DNA of 64,000 nucleotides from a bacterium (GTDB lineage: Bacteria > UBA8248): contig OZ241875.1 of NCBI GenBank assembly GCA_965203325.1, forward strand, positions 704,001 through 768,000. The letters are read 5' to 3'. Positions within the stretch are counted from its first letter, which is position 1. The number at the start of each line of letters is the position of its first letter. A model generated the notes under the pieces. That model saw only the letters and a program-made list of their open reading frames with translations. It was not told the origin of the DNA and did no database searches. The position numbers and the translations under genes are program-made. This document shows positions 1 to 9,583 of the stretch, piece by piece.

Positions 1-669
1 CGGAGCATTGCGCTCTGGCGCGCGCGCCGCGGGATGAGCGCGAGGCGCTTCGGGGTGGGTGCGCTGGGGATTCCCGGCTTCGTGGGCCTGCAGGCCCGGG
101 GGCGGCCCCTGCGGGTCGACACGGCGGACCGGGTGCTCGCGTTCATGGGGTACCCGCCCCTGGGACCGCTCCTGCGGGCCGAGGTCGAGGCGTTTCTCGT
201 GGTGAGCAGGACCAAGGTCTCGATCCTGGGCGAGGAGACCGTGGGGAATCCCTCCTTCGTGGGGAGGCTACGCGGGGGCGTTTCGCCGTATCTCAAGACC
301 TTCGACCGGGTGCGCGCCTGGATGGCGGCCAACGCGACGGGAGAGGAGATCCGCGCCATACGCGAGAGGCTCGCGCACTTGCCCGACCCGTTCGACGGGA
401 CGTGGGACGTCGCCGGGGAACCCGGGGCCGCGGGAGACGTCGATGAACTTGCGGAGGAGAACCACCTGGACACGCGGGAGGCGGCCGCCTGGCTCGGCCT
501 CTCGCCCAAGACGCTCGAGCGCTACCGCGTGAGCGGAGAGGGGCCGGATTTTCTTCGCACCGGATACCGGGTGCGCTACCTGCTCGAAGACCTCGAGAAG
601 TGGGCCTCCGCCCGGAGGTGGACTTCCACGTCCGAGGAGAGATCCGCCCGGAGAAAGAAGAGGCGGTAG
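1..669 (+). CDS. DNA-binding protein with two tandem small HTH-like repeats and a C-terminal excisionase-like (HTH_17/MerR-type) domain; probably 5'-partial
   Basis: C-terminal LDTREAAAWLGLSPKTLERYRVSGEGPDF..RVRY is typical of excisionase-like HTHs. The frame is open from base 1. Confidence 0.7.
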   Translation, partial: RSIALWRARRGMSARRFGVGALGIPGFVGLQARGRPLRVDTADRVLAFMGYPPLGPLLRAEVEAFLVVSRTKVSILGEETVGNPSFVGRLRGGVSPYLKTFDRVRAWMAANATGEEIRAIRERLAHLPDPFDGTWDVAGEPGAAGDVDELAEENHLDTREAAAWLGLSPKTLERYRVSGEGPDFLRTGYRVRYLLEDLEKWASARRWTSTSEERSARRKKRR

Positions 670-698
670 AGAGATATTCGGGATTAGTCGGACGGACT

Positions 699-1571
699 TC
701 ACCGCCCGTAGCGCAGCCTCGCCATCGCGCCCTGTTTCGCGAGTTGTCCCTGCGCGTAGCGCCCCGGCATGACCGGCGACTGCCAGCGCCCGGCAATCTG
801 CATCTCGACCAGCGACGCCCCCGCCGTGGCCAGGCTCTGCGCGCCCCCCACGCGCAGGCTGTGCCCGCTGATGCGCCCCTCCACGCCCGCGGCCTTCCCC
901 CACCGCGCGATGATGCTCCGGATGCTCCTCTCCGTCAGGCGCCCGGGCCGAAGCCGTCCCCCCTTGTACACGCCCCGGAAGAGCGCTCCCTCCTCGAGAC
1001 CCGCGCTCGCCAGCCAGGCCCGGACGCGCGTCACGGTCGGCTCGCCCAGAAACTGCACGACGCCATCGCCCTCCTGGTCCGTCTTCGAGCGGCGGATCAG
1101 CACCGTCTGCTCGTCCAGGTCCACGTCCTCGATGTCGAGCGCCTCGACCTCCGACACCCGGAGCAGGGCGTCGCTCGCCACCGCCACGATCGCCGCGTCG
1201 CGCAGACCGGCCAGGGTCCCCGTCCCCTCGGCCAGCGCCGCCGCCCGGTCCGCCTCCTCCCAGCGCACCCCCACCACCTGGCCCCGGCCCCGCTCTGCGG
1301 CCAGGCGCCTGAAGCCGGCCAGCACCCGCTCCGAGGCCGCCCCCACTGGGGAGGGCCGGCCGTTCAGCTTCGCCCGGAAGCGAAGCGCCGCGACCGCCAT
1401 CGCGGCCACGGCCGCCGAGTGCCCCCCCTCGTAGAGATCCCCCAGGTACGCCGCTATCCCGGCGTCGGTCTCGGGGTTTCCCGAGCGCTCGAACCTCCTG
1501 AGCGCCGTCTCGTACACTCGCCGCGTGTTCTCAGACATCGACGCCTTCGCCAGGTAGGCGGCCGTTTCCAT
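699..1571 (-). CDS. Cre-like tyrosine recombinase
   Basis: SENTRRVY N-terminus, LRDAAIV..LLRVSE (Arg), RRSKTDQ (Lys), GHSLRVGGA (HxxR), GRW..MPGRY (Trp/Tyr as in Cre). The ORF is open to 1736; ATG at 1571 is the likelier start. Confidence 0.9.
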   Translation of the reverse strand: METAAYLAKASMSENTRRVYETALRRFERSGNPETDAGIAAYLGDLYEGGHSAAVAAMAVAALRFRAKLNGRPSPVGAASERVLAGFRRLAAERGRGQVVGVRWEEADRAAALAEGTGTLAGLRDAAIVAVASDALLRVSEVEALDIEDVDLDEQTVLIRRSKTDQEGDGVVQFLGEPTVTRVRAWLASAGLEEGALFRGVYKGGRLRPGRLTERSIRSIIARWGKAAGVEGRISGHSLRVGGAQSLATAGASLVEMQIAGRWQSPVMPGRYAQGQLAKQGAMARLRYGR

Positions 1572-1703
1572 TCCCTGAGGCCGCCCGAGCGCCTCATTAC
1601 GCTCAAGGGCCTCGTCAAATACCAAGTATAGACGACGACGGGGAATTTCCACAAAAAAAGCCGTTTCGCAGGGGAATACCGGCGAAACGGCGGGTTTCTG
1701 GAG

Positions 1704-1725
1704 TCCGATAATTGACGTTATCGGA
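1704..1725. other. lox-like recombination site 1 (TCCGATAA-TTGACG-TTATCGGA)
   Basis: Perfect 8-bp inverted arms around an asymmetric 6-bp spacer, directly upstream of the recombinase gene. Confidence 0.7.
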
Positions 1726-1754
1726 AAGTTAAACACCTCTCACGGCCATGTCAA
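1726..1754 (-). promoter_or_regulatory. Sigma70-type promoter (TTGACA-17 bp-TAACTT) inside the putative invertible segment
   Basis: Perfect -35 (plus-strand tgtcaa 1749-1754), 17-bp spacer, -10 at 1726-1731. Currently points toward the recombinase. Confidence 0.6.
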
Positions 1755-1882
1755 GCGCAATTCCGGGGTCCCCGGAGGGGTTTCGGGCGCCGTTTTGCGC
1801 CTTCTTTCGCTCATCTTTCGCTCATGTGCGGCCCGAATGCCCCCCGAAACGGGTTTTTCGGCGGAAAACGGGGCTTCTGGGG

Positions 1883-1904
1883 GCCAATAACGTCAATTAG
1901 CGGA
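1883..1904. other. lox-like recombination site 2, inverted relative to site 1
   Basis: GCCAATAA-CGTCAA-TTAGCGGA. Its reverse complement matches site 1 at 19/22 positions, with an identical spacer. Confidence 0.65.
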
Positions 1905-2016
1905 CACCAGCCCGGGTTCGAGGCGGCGCATACCGCAGGAATCCGCCTCTCGCGGAAAGACTCACGACCGGCTGCGTCAGCTTGAACCCGAAATCTCGGA
2001 ACAGGGGGCATTCCAA

Positions 2017-5000
2017 ATGAAGAACATTACACGGATCTCGATACTGCCGGCGGCGGCGTTCTGCAGCGCGGCCCGGCGGCGTGAAGTGCGCCCGGCCGGG
2101 GCGCGCACGCCGGCTCCCTCGACATCGGCGGGCTCCAGACGGGCTGACGCCCGCACCGGGCGCGCCCGCGCCCGCCGCCTCTCCCTCCTCCTCCCCGTCC
2201 TCGCGCTGCTGCTCGGCGCGCTCGGCCTGTTCGCCGCCGGGACGGCGGAGGCGGTCCCCGCCCAGCCGCAAGGATTCACGCTCACGCCGGGCAATCAGGT
2301 GCTCATGGCGACGTGGAATGCGGTCACGGATTGGGGCGGACAGAACGCGGACGGTTACAGCCTGCGCTGGAGGGTGAAGGAGCCCGTAGGCAGTTGGTCC
2401 ACCGTTGTCCAGCGCTCCACCTCACAAACTACGTACACGATCACCGGGCTGGTCAACGGCACGGAGTACGAGGTCGAACTCTGGTCGCGCGCCAGCGTTG
2501 GGCAAAACCGGCAGGTGAGCGCGGCCGTGACGGCGACCGGCACGCCCGTGGCGGCGCAGAACAACGCCAACCTGTCCGCCCTGACGGCGGCGACCCACAC
2601 GAGCGCGACGGGCACGTTCACGTCGCTGACGCTCACGCCCTCGACCTTCGCGGCGACCACCACGTCCTACACGGCGTCGGTGTTGAACGCGCGGACGCAC
2701 CTGAAGCTCACCCCGACGGTGGCCGCCACCGGCGCCACGGTGAAGGTGGGCAAGCAGGGGACCACGCTGGCCACGGTCACCAGCGGCTCGGCGAGCGCCG
2801 CCATCGCGCTCTCGGTGGGCGCGAACGCCATCACGGTCGAGGTCACCGCCGCGGACAACACCACGAAGAAGACCTACACCGTGACGGTGACGCGGGCCTC
2901 CTCCTCCGTCTGGTCGGCGACGTTGACGCCGGTGGCAGTCTCAGGGGGAGTCGGCTGCAATAGCGAGACCCTATGCAATACGGCACTGACCGACAACAGC
3001 TTTACGGTCGGCGGCACGAACTACCGTTTTAACACTGTTTTCAACGCCAGTTCGGGTTTGCAAGTAGGCATCACTCCAATTGGAGCAAACGCTGAACTTG
3101 CGGCACTGAAGTTCTGTGTCGGCACAACAGAATATTCGTTTAACCTAGGCGCCACTATTTTACTTTCGAACGACAACCCCGGCTGGACCGCCGGCACCCC
3201 GGTCTCCCTCAGAATCGCCTCGTCCTGCGCGCAGCAGACCACGACGCCGACCCCGACGCAGTCCACCGACGCGACCCTGTCCGGCCTGACGGCGACCCAG
3301 GCCACGAGCGCCTCGGGCCCGTTCTCGGCGCTGAGCATCGGCAACTTCGCCTCGGGCACCACGACCTACGCGGCGTCGGTGGCCAATTCCATAACCCACG
3401 TGAAGCTGACCCCGGCGGTCACCGACTCCGGCGCCACGGTGAAGGTCGGCAAGGGCACGAGCCTGACCACGGTCGCGAGCGGCACGGCGAGCGGCGCTAT
3501 CCCGCTCTCGGTGGGCGCGAACGCCATCACGGTCGAGGTCACCGCCCAGGACGGCACCACGACGCGGACCTACACCGTGACGGTGACGCGCGCGCAGGCG
3601 CAGACGCAGGCCCCCGCCCCCGTCGTCCCGACCGGGCGGGGGGAGACCGTCTGGTCCGCCACCCTGACGGCGCAGAATGTGGTGCCCTCCGTCGTCGTTG
3701 GTTGCACAGGGTCCGGGTCTTCAAGTTGCGCTCTGACGAGCGTGCTCACGGACGACGACTTCGGCCTCTTCGGGAAGACGTTTACGATCACGCAAATTCA
3801 GCAGACGTCTGCGGGGGCCCTCGATATCGGCTTCGACCAGTCAATCTCGACGCAGACGGCGAGGCGCCTGACGCTGCATGTCGGCGACCGCGAGTTTCCG
3901 CTGGCGGAGGCGACTTATTCGTCGGGCAACACTACGGCGACCTGGACCAGCTCCGGCCTGACCTGGTCGGCGAGCCAGCAGGTGCCGCTGCGCCTGACCC
4001 TCGGGCCGCGCTGGAGCGGCGTGGCCTACGAGGGCGGCGGGCTGCTGCCCGGCCCGACCGGGGGCAAGGAGCTGCTGGTCGCCGAGGACGGCTCGGCCAC
4101 CTTCGGGGTCAAGCTGACCCATGCGCCCACGGCGAACGTGACCATCCGGCTGTACAAGTTCGCTCCCGCTGCGATTCACGGGAACGTGAACGCCGTCACC
4201 ATCAGCCCGAAGGAGCTGACCTTCACGCCGGCCAACTACGGCACGGCGCAGACGGTGACCGTCACCGGGGTGCCGGACGGCAACGCCGCCCACGAGCACC
4301 TGTACATCCTGGCCGCGTCGTCGAGCGCGGACGCGAACTACGCGCTTCAGGACGGGCACGAGGCGCTCTTCGTCACCGTGACCGACGGCGCAGGCGCGGT
4401 GAAGGTGGGGCTCTCGCGCGGCGCGGCGCGCGAGTCGGGCGACGGCACGGCCACGAATGCGCCCGTGACGGTGTGGCTCAACCGCGCGTCGACCTCCCAG
4501 GTGCGGGTGACCTACGCGACGGCGCCCGACACCTCCGCGCCGTCGAACAAGCGGGCGACGGCGGGCTCGGACTACACGCACGTCTCCGGCACGCTCGTCT
4601 TCTCGCCGGGCCAGACGCGCAAGACGGTGCAGGTCCGGATCCTCGACGACAGCGTCGAGGATTCGGGGGAGAGCTTCCGCTTCGTGCTGTCGAACGTGCA
4701 GGGGGCGACGCTGGAGCAGGGCTACGGCCGTGCGACTATGGTCATCCTGAACGACGAGGCGCAGATCGACGGGCTGTCGGTCGAGGGCGCGCCGGGCGCG
4801 GGCGGGCCGTGGGCGAAGCTCGACATCGGCACGTTCGCGCCGGAGACGGCGGACTACGCGGTGACGGTGCCGCACGGGACGACGCACGCGCGGGTGACGC
4901 CGGAGACGGCGGACGAGGACCTGCTGCTCTGGGCGGGCAGCGGCACGGGGCTGGCGTCGGTGCGGAGCGGCCAGGCGGGCAGCACGGTGGCGCTCGCGGT

Positions 5001-7485
5001 CGGCGAGAACGTGCTGATGGTGCAGACGCGGGCGGCGACCGGCAAGCGGCAGACCTACCGGGTGACGGTGACGCGGCAGGCGCGCCCCGGGGTCGCGGTG
5101 TCGCTCTCGGCCACGCCGAACCCGGTGGGCGAGGGCTCGCCGGTCACGGTGCGGGCGACGCTGGCGGAGGCGCTGGCGCAGGCGGTGACGATCCCGCTGC
5201 GGACGACGCGGGGCACGTCGGAGGCCGGGGACCACGGGTCTCTCGCGTCGATCGCGATTCCCGCCGGCTTCACGTCGGCCACGGGCACGGTGTCGACGGC
5301 CGAGGACGGCGACGGGGACGACGAGACGTTCACGGTGGCGCTGGGGAGCCTCCCTGCGGGCCTGACCGCGGGCGCCGCGTCCTCGGTGCGGGTGACGATC
5401 ACCGACAACGGGCGGCAGGCGCCGGATCCGCTGACGGCGCGGCTCAGGGGCGCGGTCGCGGAGCATGACGGGGAGACGCCGTTCATGCTGGAGCTGGTGC
5501 TGAGCGAATCGCTCGATTCGGGGAGCCGGTGGCCTTCGGCTGCGTCGTTCGCGGTCAAGGGCGGGAGCGTGGAGAGCGTCCGGCGGTTCCGGCCGTACCG
5601 GTACCAGGTCCACGTCAAGCCGAAGTCGTGGAAGGACGTGACGGTCACGCTGGCGGGCGGGCGCGCCTGTAGCGAAGAGGGCGCGATCTGCACGGCCGAC
5701 GGGAGGTCGGTGTCGAACACGTCGACGATGACCGTGGGCGGCCCGGTGCGGATCCGGATCGCGGGCGCCAGGGCGAAGGAAGGCAAGAACGCATCGCTCG
5801 ACTTCGCGGTGACGCTCAACCGCGCGGCAGGGCATGAGGTCTCGGTGGACTACGCGACCGAGGACGACACGGCGGCGGCGGGGTCGGACTACACGGCCAC
5901 GTCGGGCACATTGACCTTCGCGGCCGGCGAAACGGCGAAGACGGTCTCGGTTCCGGTCCTCGACGACGCTATCGACGAGGGCAAGGAGGTCATGCGGCTG
6001 CTGCTCTCGAACCCGAAGGGGGCGTATCTCAGGAACGTCCACACCCGGGCGCGGGGGGTCATCACGAACGACGACCCGCTGCAAAGGATGTGGCTCGCGC
6101 GCTTCGGGCGCACGGCGGCGGGCCACGTCGCCGAGGCGATTGACGGACGCCTGTCGGGCGGCGCCGCCGCGGGCGTCGTGCTGGGCGGCCACAGCCTCTC
6201 CGGCGGGGCGGAGCGCGAGGCTATCGAGTCGCGCCTCGCCGAGGCCCTGCTTGAGGAGAGGGAGGCCCGGCTCGGGCGCGGCGGGGAGGCGCCGGCATCC
6301 CCGGTGCGCGAGGTCGCGATGTCCGATCTCCTGCTCGCGAGTTCGTTTCACATGGCCTCGTCCGGCGGCGGGGACGCGCCGGGGGGGCTCTGGTCGCTGT
6401 GGGGCCGGGGCGCGCGCTCCTCGTTCGAGGGCGCCGAGGGCGATCTCTCGCTGGAGGGCGACGTGACGACGGCGACCGTGGGCTTCGACTACGAGCGGGC
6501 GCGCTGGCTGGTGGGCGTGGCGCTCTCGCGAAGCGCGGGCGACGGCTCGTACAAGGCGGGCGGCGCGTGCGATACGGGCTGCGCGGGCGAGGTGGAGAGT
6601 ACGCTGACGGGTGTCTACCCCTACGCGCGCTACCGTGTGAGCGGGACGTTCTCGCTCTGGGGCGCTGTGGGCCACGGGCAGGGGGAGATGACGCTCACGC
6701 CCGGGGGGTCGTCCCCGGTGGAGGCCGACGTGGCGATGGGCATGGCGGCGGCGGGGGCGCGCGGGGTCGTTCTGCCCGCGCGCGAGGCGGGCGGGTTCGA
6801 GCTCGCGCTCCGCGCGGACGTCCTGGTGACGAACACGCGCTCGGACGCTGCGGCGGGCCTCGCGGAGACCGAAGCGCAGACGAGCCGCGTGCGCCTCGTG
6901 CTGGAGGGTTCGCGCTCGCTCAGGTTCGGCGAAGGCCTGCTGACGCCCTCGCTGGAGATAGGGTTCCGGAACGATTCGGGCGACGCGGAGACGGGCGGCG
7001 GGGTGGAGGCCGGCGGCTCGGTCCGCTGGGCCTCGGGGGCCCTGACGACGGAGGTGCGCGCGCGCGGCCTGCTCTCCCACGGCGCCGGCGGTTATGAGGA
7101 ATGGGGCGTGAGCGCCTCGGTGGAATATGCTCCGGGCTCCGGGGGACGGGGCCTCACGCTTCGGGCGGGATCCTCGTGGGGCGCCTCCGCCGGCGGTGCG
7201 GAGCGGCTCTGGTCGCAGGCGGCGGGCCTGACGCCTGCCGGTGGGTTCGAGCCGGGCGCCGCTGGCTTCGAGGCCGAGGCGGCCTGGGGCCTGGACGCCC
7301 CCCGGGGGCTGCTGACGCCCTATACGGGCGTGGCGGTCTCGGGGAACGCAGAGACCTGGCGCGCGGGCGCGCGGTGGAAGCCCGGGGCGGCCACGGAGGT
7401 GAGCCTCGAGGCGAGCCTCACCGAACAGGCGGGCGGCGGGAGACCAGAAGGCGGCCTCCTGCTCAGAGGCTCGAAGCGGTGGTAG
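2017..7485 (+). CDS. Large autotransporter-type adhesin (FN3, cadherin-like beta-sandwich repeats, Calx-beta domains, C-terminal beta-barrel)
   Basis: Extended signal peptide ending AEA. FN3 (YTITGLVNGTEYEV); repeated LSVGANAITVEVTA.D.TT..TYTVTVTR; Calx-beta (AGSDYT..SGTL.F..G.T.KTV.V.ILDD). Amphipathic barrel strands ending in W. Confidence 0.88.
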   Translation: MKNITRISILPAAAFCSAARRREVRPAGARTPAPSTSAGSRRADARTGRARARRLSLLLPVLALLLGALGLFAAGTAEAVPAQPQGFTLTPGNQVLMATWNAVTDWGGQNADGYSLRWRVKEPVGSWSTVVQRSTSQTTYTITGLVNGTEYEVELWSRASVGQNRQVSAAVTATGTPVAAQNNANLSALTAATHTSATGTFTSLTLTPSTFAATTTSYTASVLNARTHLKLTPTVAATGATVKVGKQGTTLATVTSGSASAAIALSVGANAITVEVTAADNTTKKTYTVTVTRASSSVWSATLTPVAVSGGVGCNSETLCNTALTDNSFTVGGTNYRFNTVFNASSGLQVGITPIGANAELAALKFCVGTTEYSFNLGATILLSNDNPGWTAGTPVSLRIASSCAQQTTTPTPTQSTDATLSGLTATQATSASGPFSALSIGNFASGTTTYAASVANSITHVKLTPAVTDSGATVKVGKGTSLTTVASGTASGAIPLSVGANAITVEVTAQDGTTTRTYTVTVTRAQAQTQAPAPVVPTGRGETVWSATLTAQNVVPSVVVGCTGSGSSSCALTSVLTDDDFGLFGKTFTITQIQQTSAGALDIGFDQSISTQTARRLTLHVGDREFPLAEATYSSGNTTATWTSSGLTWSASQQVPLRLTLGPRWSGVAYEGGGLLPGPTGGKELLVAEDGSATFGVKLTHAPTANVTIRLYKFAPAAIHGNVNAVTISPKELTFTPANYGTAQTVTVTGVPDGNAAHEHLYILAASSSADANYALQDGHEALFVTVTDGAGAVKVGLSRGAARESGDGTATNAPVTVWLNRASTSQVRVTYATAPDTSAPSNKRATAGSDYTHVSGTLVFSPGQTRKTVQVRILDDSVEDSGESFRFVLSNVQGATLEQGYGRATMVILNDEAQIDGLSVEGAPGAGGPWAKLDIGTFAPETADYAVTVPHGTTHARVTPETADEDLLLWAGSGTGLASVRSGQAGSTVALAVGENVLMVQTRAATGKRQTYRVTVTRQARPGVAVSLSATPNPVGEGSPVTVRATLAEALAQAVTIPLRTTRGTSEAGDHGSLASIAIPAGFTSATGTVSTAEDGDGDDETFTVALGSLPAGLTAGAASSVRVTITDNGRQAPDPLTARLRGAVAEHDGETPFMLELVLSESLDSGSRWPSAASFAVKGGSVESVRRFRPYRYQVHVKPKSWKDVTVTLAGGRACSEEGAICTADGRSVSNTSTMTVGGPVRIRIAGARAKEGKNASLDFAVTLNRAAGHEVSVDYATEDDTAAAGSDYTATSGTLTFAAGETAKTVSVPVLDDAIDEGKEVMRLLLSNPKGAYLRNVHTRARGVITNDDPLQRMWLARFGRTAAGHVAEAIDGRLSGGAAAGVVLGGHSLSGGAEREAIESRLAEALLEEREARLGRGGEAPASPVREVAMSDLLLASSFHMASSGGGDAPGGLWSLWGRGARSSFEGAEGDLSLEGDVTTATVGFDYERARWLVGVALSRSAGDGSYKAGGACDTGCAGEVESTLTGVYPYARYRVSGTFSLWGAVGHGQGEMTLTPGGSSPVEADVAMGMAAAGARGVVLPAREAGGFELALRADVLVTNTRSDAAAGLAETEAQTSRVRLVLEGSRSLRFGEGLLTPSLEIGFRNDSGDAETGGGVEAGGSVRWASGALTTEVRARGLLSHGAGGYEEWGVSASVEYAPGSGGRGLTLRAGSSWGASAGGAERLWSQAAGLTPAGGFEPGAAGFEAEAAWGLDAPRGLLTPYTGVAVSGNAETWRAGARWKPGAATEVSLEASLTEQAGGGRPEGGLLLRGSKRW

Positions 7486-7634
7486 GGGCGGACCGGGGGG
7501 AGCGCAGGCCGTTCCTCCCGGCCCGCTTCGTCGCGATCCCCCTCCCGGCAGGTCGTCTCGCCGGCAGGCGGCGGGAGGGGCGCGCGTCCCGCTCTCCCCG
7601 CGTGTTTTCAGAGGGTGGGGGGTTTCCGTAGGCC

Positions 7635-7994
7635 GTGAAAGCTCAGTATCCTGTTGATATTATTGAGAAAGAATCCTTACTTCCTAGTTCGTTTGGAATC
7701 CATGATCTGCGATATGTAATCAAAGCGGAAGCGGGCGAATTACAACTCTTGGGTATCTCACCGTGCTCGTGTCCGTATGCGTTCAGTGTAAGTGTTCATC
7801 CAAGCCGTGATGGAAGCACCCAAATAGCGGTAGTTCGGTGGCTGTCTGAACGTAGCTGGTCCGGCCTAATTCTTCGGTACCACCCAAGTCCGCAGAATAT
7901 TTGGGCAATTTCGGTTCATGGATGGCATTCCGACATCGACTTTCTTCTCGTAGAGGTCACCGTCAACTCGTCTCTGTTTGGCTCTGAGGCCTAA
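7635..7994 (+). CDS. Hypothetical protein (doubtful)
   Basis: 119-aa ORF at the start of the low-GC segment; no motif. Confidence 0.25.
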   Translation: MKAQYPVDIIEKESLLPSSFGIHDLRYVIKAEAGELQLLGISPCSCPYAFSVSVHPSRDGSTQIAVVRWLSERSWSGLILRYHPSPQNIWAISVHGWHSDIDFLLVEVTVNSSLFGSEA

Positions 7995-8701
7995 TCCGTC
8001 ACGGTTTGGTTGAACGATTACCGTTCAGTCATAGGGTGATATCGTCACTGGTACCGAAGGCAATTATTGGAATAGTGCGGCGTAGTCGGTTTAGACCTCT
8101 ACTTTTCTGAACGCCATCACCCCGTGACTGAACGGTAACTCGTGTCCGATCTTCCTCCAAAATCCAGCCAGGAACAACTTATTATTGCCATTCTCCATCA
8201 CTCTGAAACATCTATCCAAGACCCCCCGGTCCGCGTTCATATTCAGCGGAATTCCTAGTTTAAGGCCTTGACATTTCCGGTATCTTGGCAAGAAGTGCTG
8301 AACCTGCTCGGGGAAAAAGAAATGGGAATTACTCACATGACTTAACAAGCATCGACGCTATTACTTGAATGTGGAAACCATCCCAGATGGGAGGTTATTA
8401 CCATGAATCGAGCAAAACCAGCTAAGGAGTTTTGATTCTGGTTTTATTGCCTAGGTTTTCTAGTCCCCTTGCTCCTCGTTATCATCACTTTTGCCCTCGG
8501 GCACCTTTGGGGTACCCCTTGGGGGAGTTGTGGTCCCGGGATTTGAATCCGGATCATTTATTGGGATGATATCTTTTGCTATTGCTTTCATTGGCATCCT
8601 CTGCCGTCATGTTCCCTACGGCCATTGCCTCAAAAAAATGATGACCGCAATTTAACCTCCCCCAACAAGTAGTAAGACATTAATTCGCATAGATGTTTTT
8701 A

Positions 8702-9583
8702 TCATTTCTTTTCTCCTTCTGTCTCAGTATTTTCAGATGAAGGCGCCCATAATTTCCTGTCCTTGGTGGCTTCATCTAGCCAATCTCGAGCAAGCTCAAG
8801 GTTAGCCAATATCTGTTCTGCTTCTTCTGCGATCTCTTTTATTGAAACGTCCCTGAAGACTCTTAGTTGTATAGGTAGATTTCTTAAATTTTGGTTTTTA
8901 TGCAATTTATTCGTTAATTTCCGTCGAATGCGCTTTTGGACCTCTTCATTGACATTTTGGAAGCTCAGCCACTGCAACAATCCTTTCGAAAAATTTAAGA
9001 TGGTTAGCGCTTTCCTCTCTTCACCTACTGTTTCGATGCGTCCCCTAAATACCTGTTCCCATTCCTCAAAGCATGACACATTGTATTTGGCTAAACTCTT
9101 TTCAGTATGACCAAACTTTTTAGAACATTCCCATAAATGGTAGACCATGTATGGTTCTCCCCATTTCGTTCTATCTTCGTGGTAAAATTCGCTTCTTTCA
9201 TAAAGCATGTGCTTGTCCCAATTTATATAACTACTTTCATTGCTAGGGTCCCTATTTCTGGATGGTTTAACCTTTTCCGAATCTATTAATATTTTTTGTC
9301 CTAATTCAGCAGTTATTTTATATGCGAATAGATTCCTTACTCCGACAAGCCAGAGATCGCGAAGGTGGGCATTTACCACACGGGTAATATGCTCTTCCTG
9401 TTTTTTTTCCAATCGTATTTTCTGCTCCTCGATTTCCTTCTTTTGCTTTCTTGTTTCTAGGAGTTCGCCCTGTAGAAGTTGCATCGCTAAACTGCCCGCG
9501 CCAGAAAAGAAGATCACCCAGACGGAAAGACAAGCAATAGTGAAGGTGGAAATGGTTCCTATCCACATCGCCAATGTTTTCAT
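8702..9583 (-). CDS. Hypothetical membrane-anchored protein with coiled coil
   Basis: 293-aa ORF in AT-rich DNA; N-terminal hydrophobic helix followed by an E/K/Q-rich stretch. Confidence 0.65.
   Translation of the reverse strand: MKTLAMWIGTISTFTIACLSVWVIFFSGAGSLAMQLLQGELLETRKQKKEIEEQKIRLEKKQEEHITRVVNAHLRDLWLVGVRNLFAYKITAELGQKILIDSEKVKPSRNRDPSNESSYINWDKHMLYERSEFYHEDRTKWGEPYMVYHLWECSKKFGHTEKSLAKYNVSCFEEWEQVFRGRIETVGEERKALTILNFSKGLLQWLSFQNVNEEVQKRIRRKLTNKLHKNQNLRNLPIQLRVFRDVSIKEIAEEAEQILANLELARDWLDEATKDRKLWAPSSENTETEGEKK

Noticed and set aside
2900..4020. Diversity-generating retroelement acting on the adhesin
   Set aside because: No reverse transcriptase and no template/variable repeat pair differing only at adenines seen.
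3702..7080. Long alternative-frame and antisense ORFs (588 aa, 1079 aa; likewise 22658-24562 and 46643-48049)
   Set aside because: Shadow ORFs of high-GC coding sequence overlapping well-supported genes.
7696..7716. IHDLRY integrase-like motif in the 119-aa ORF
   Set aside because: No other tyrosine-recombinase motifs around it; likely chance.
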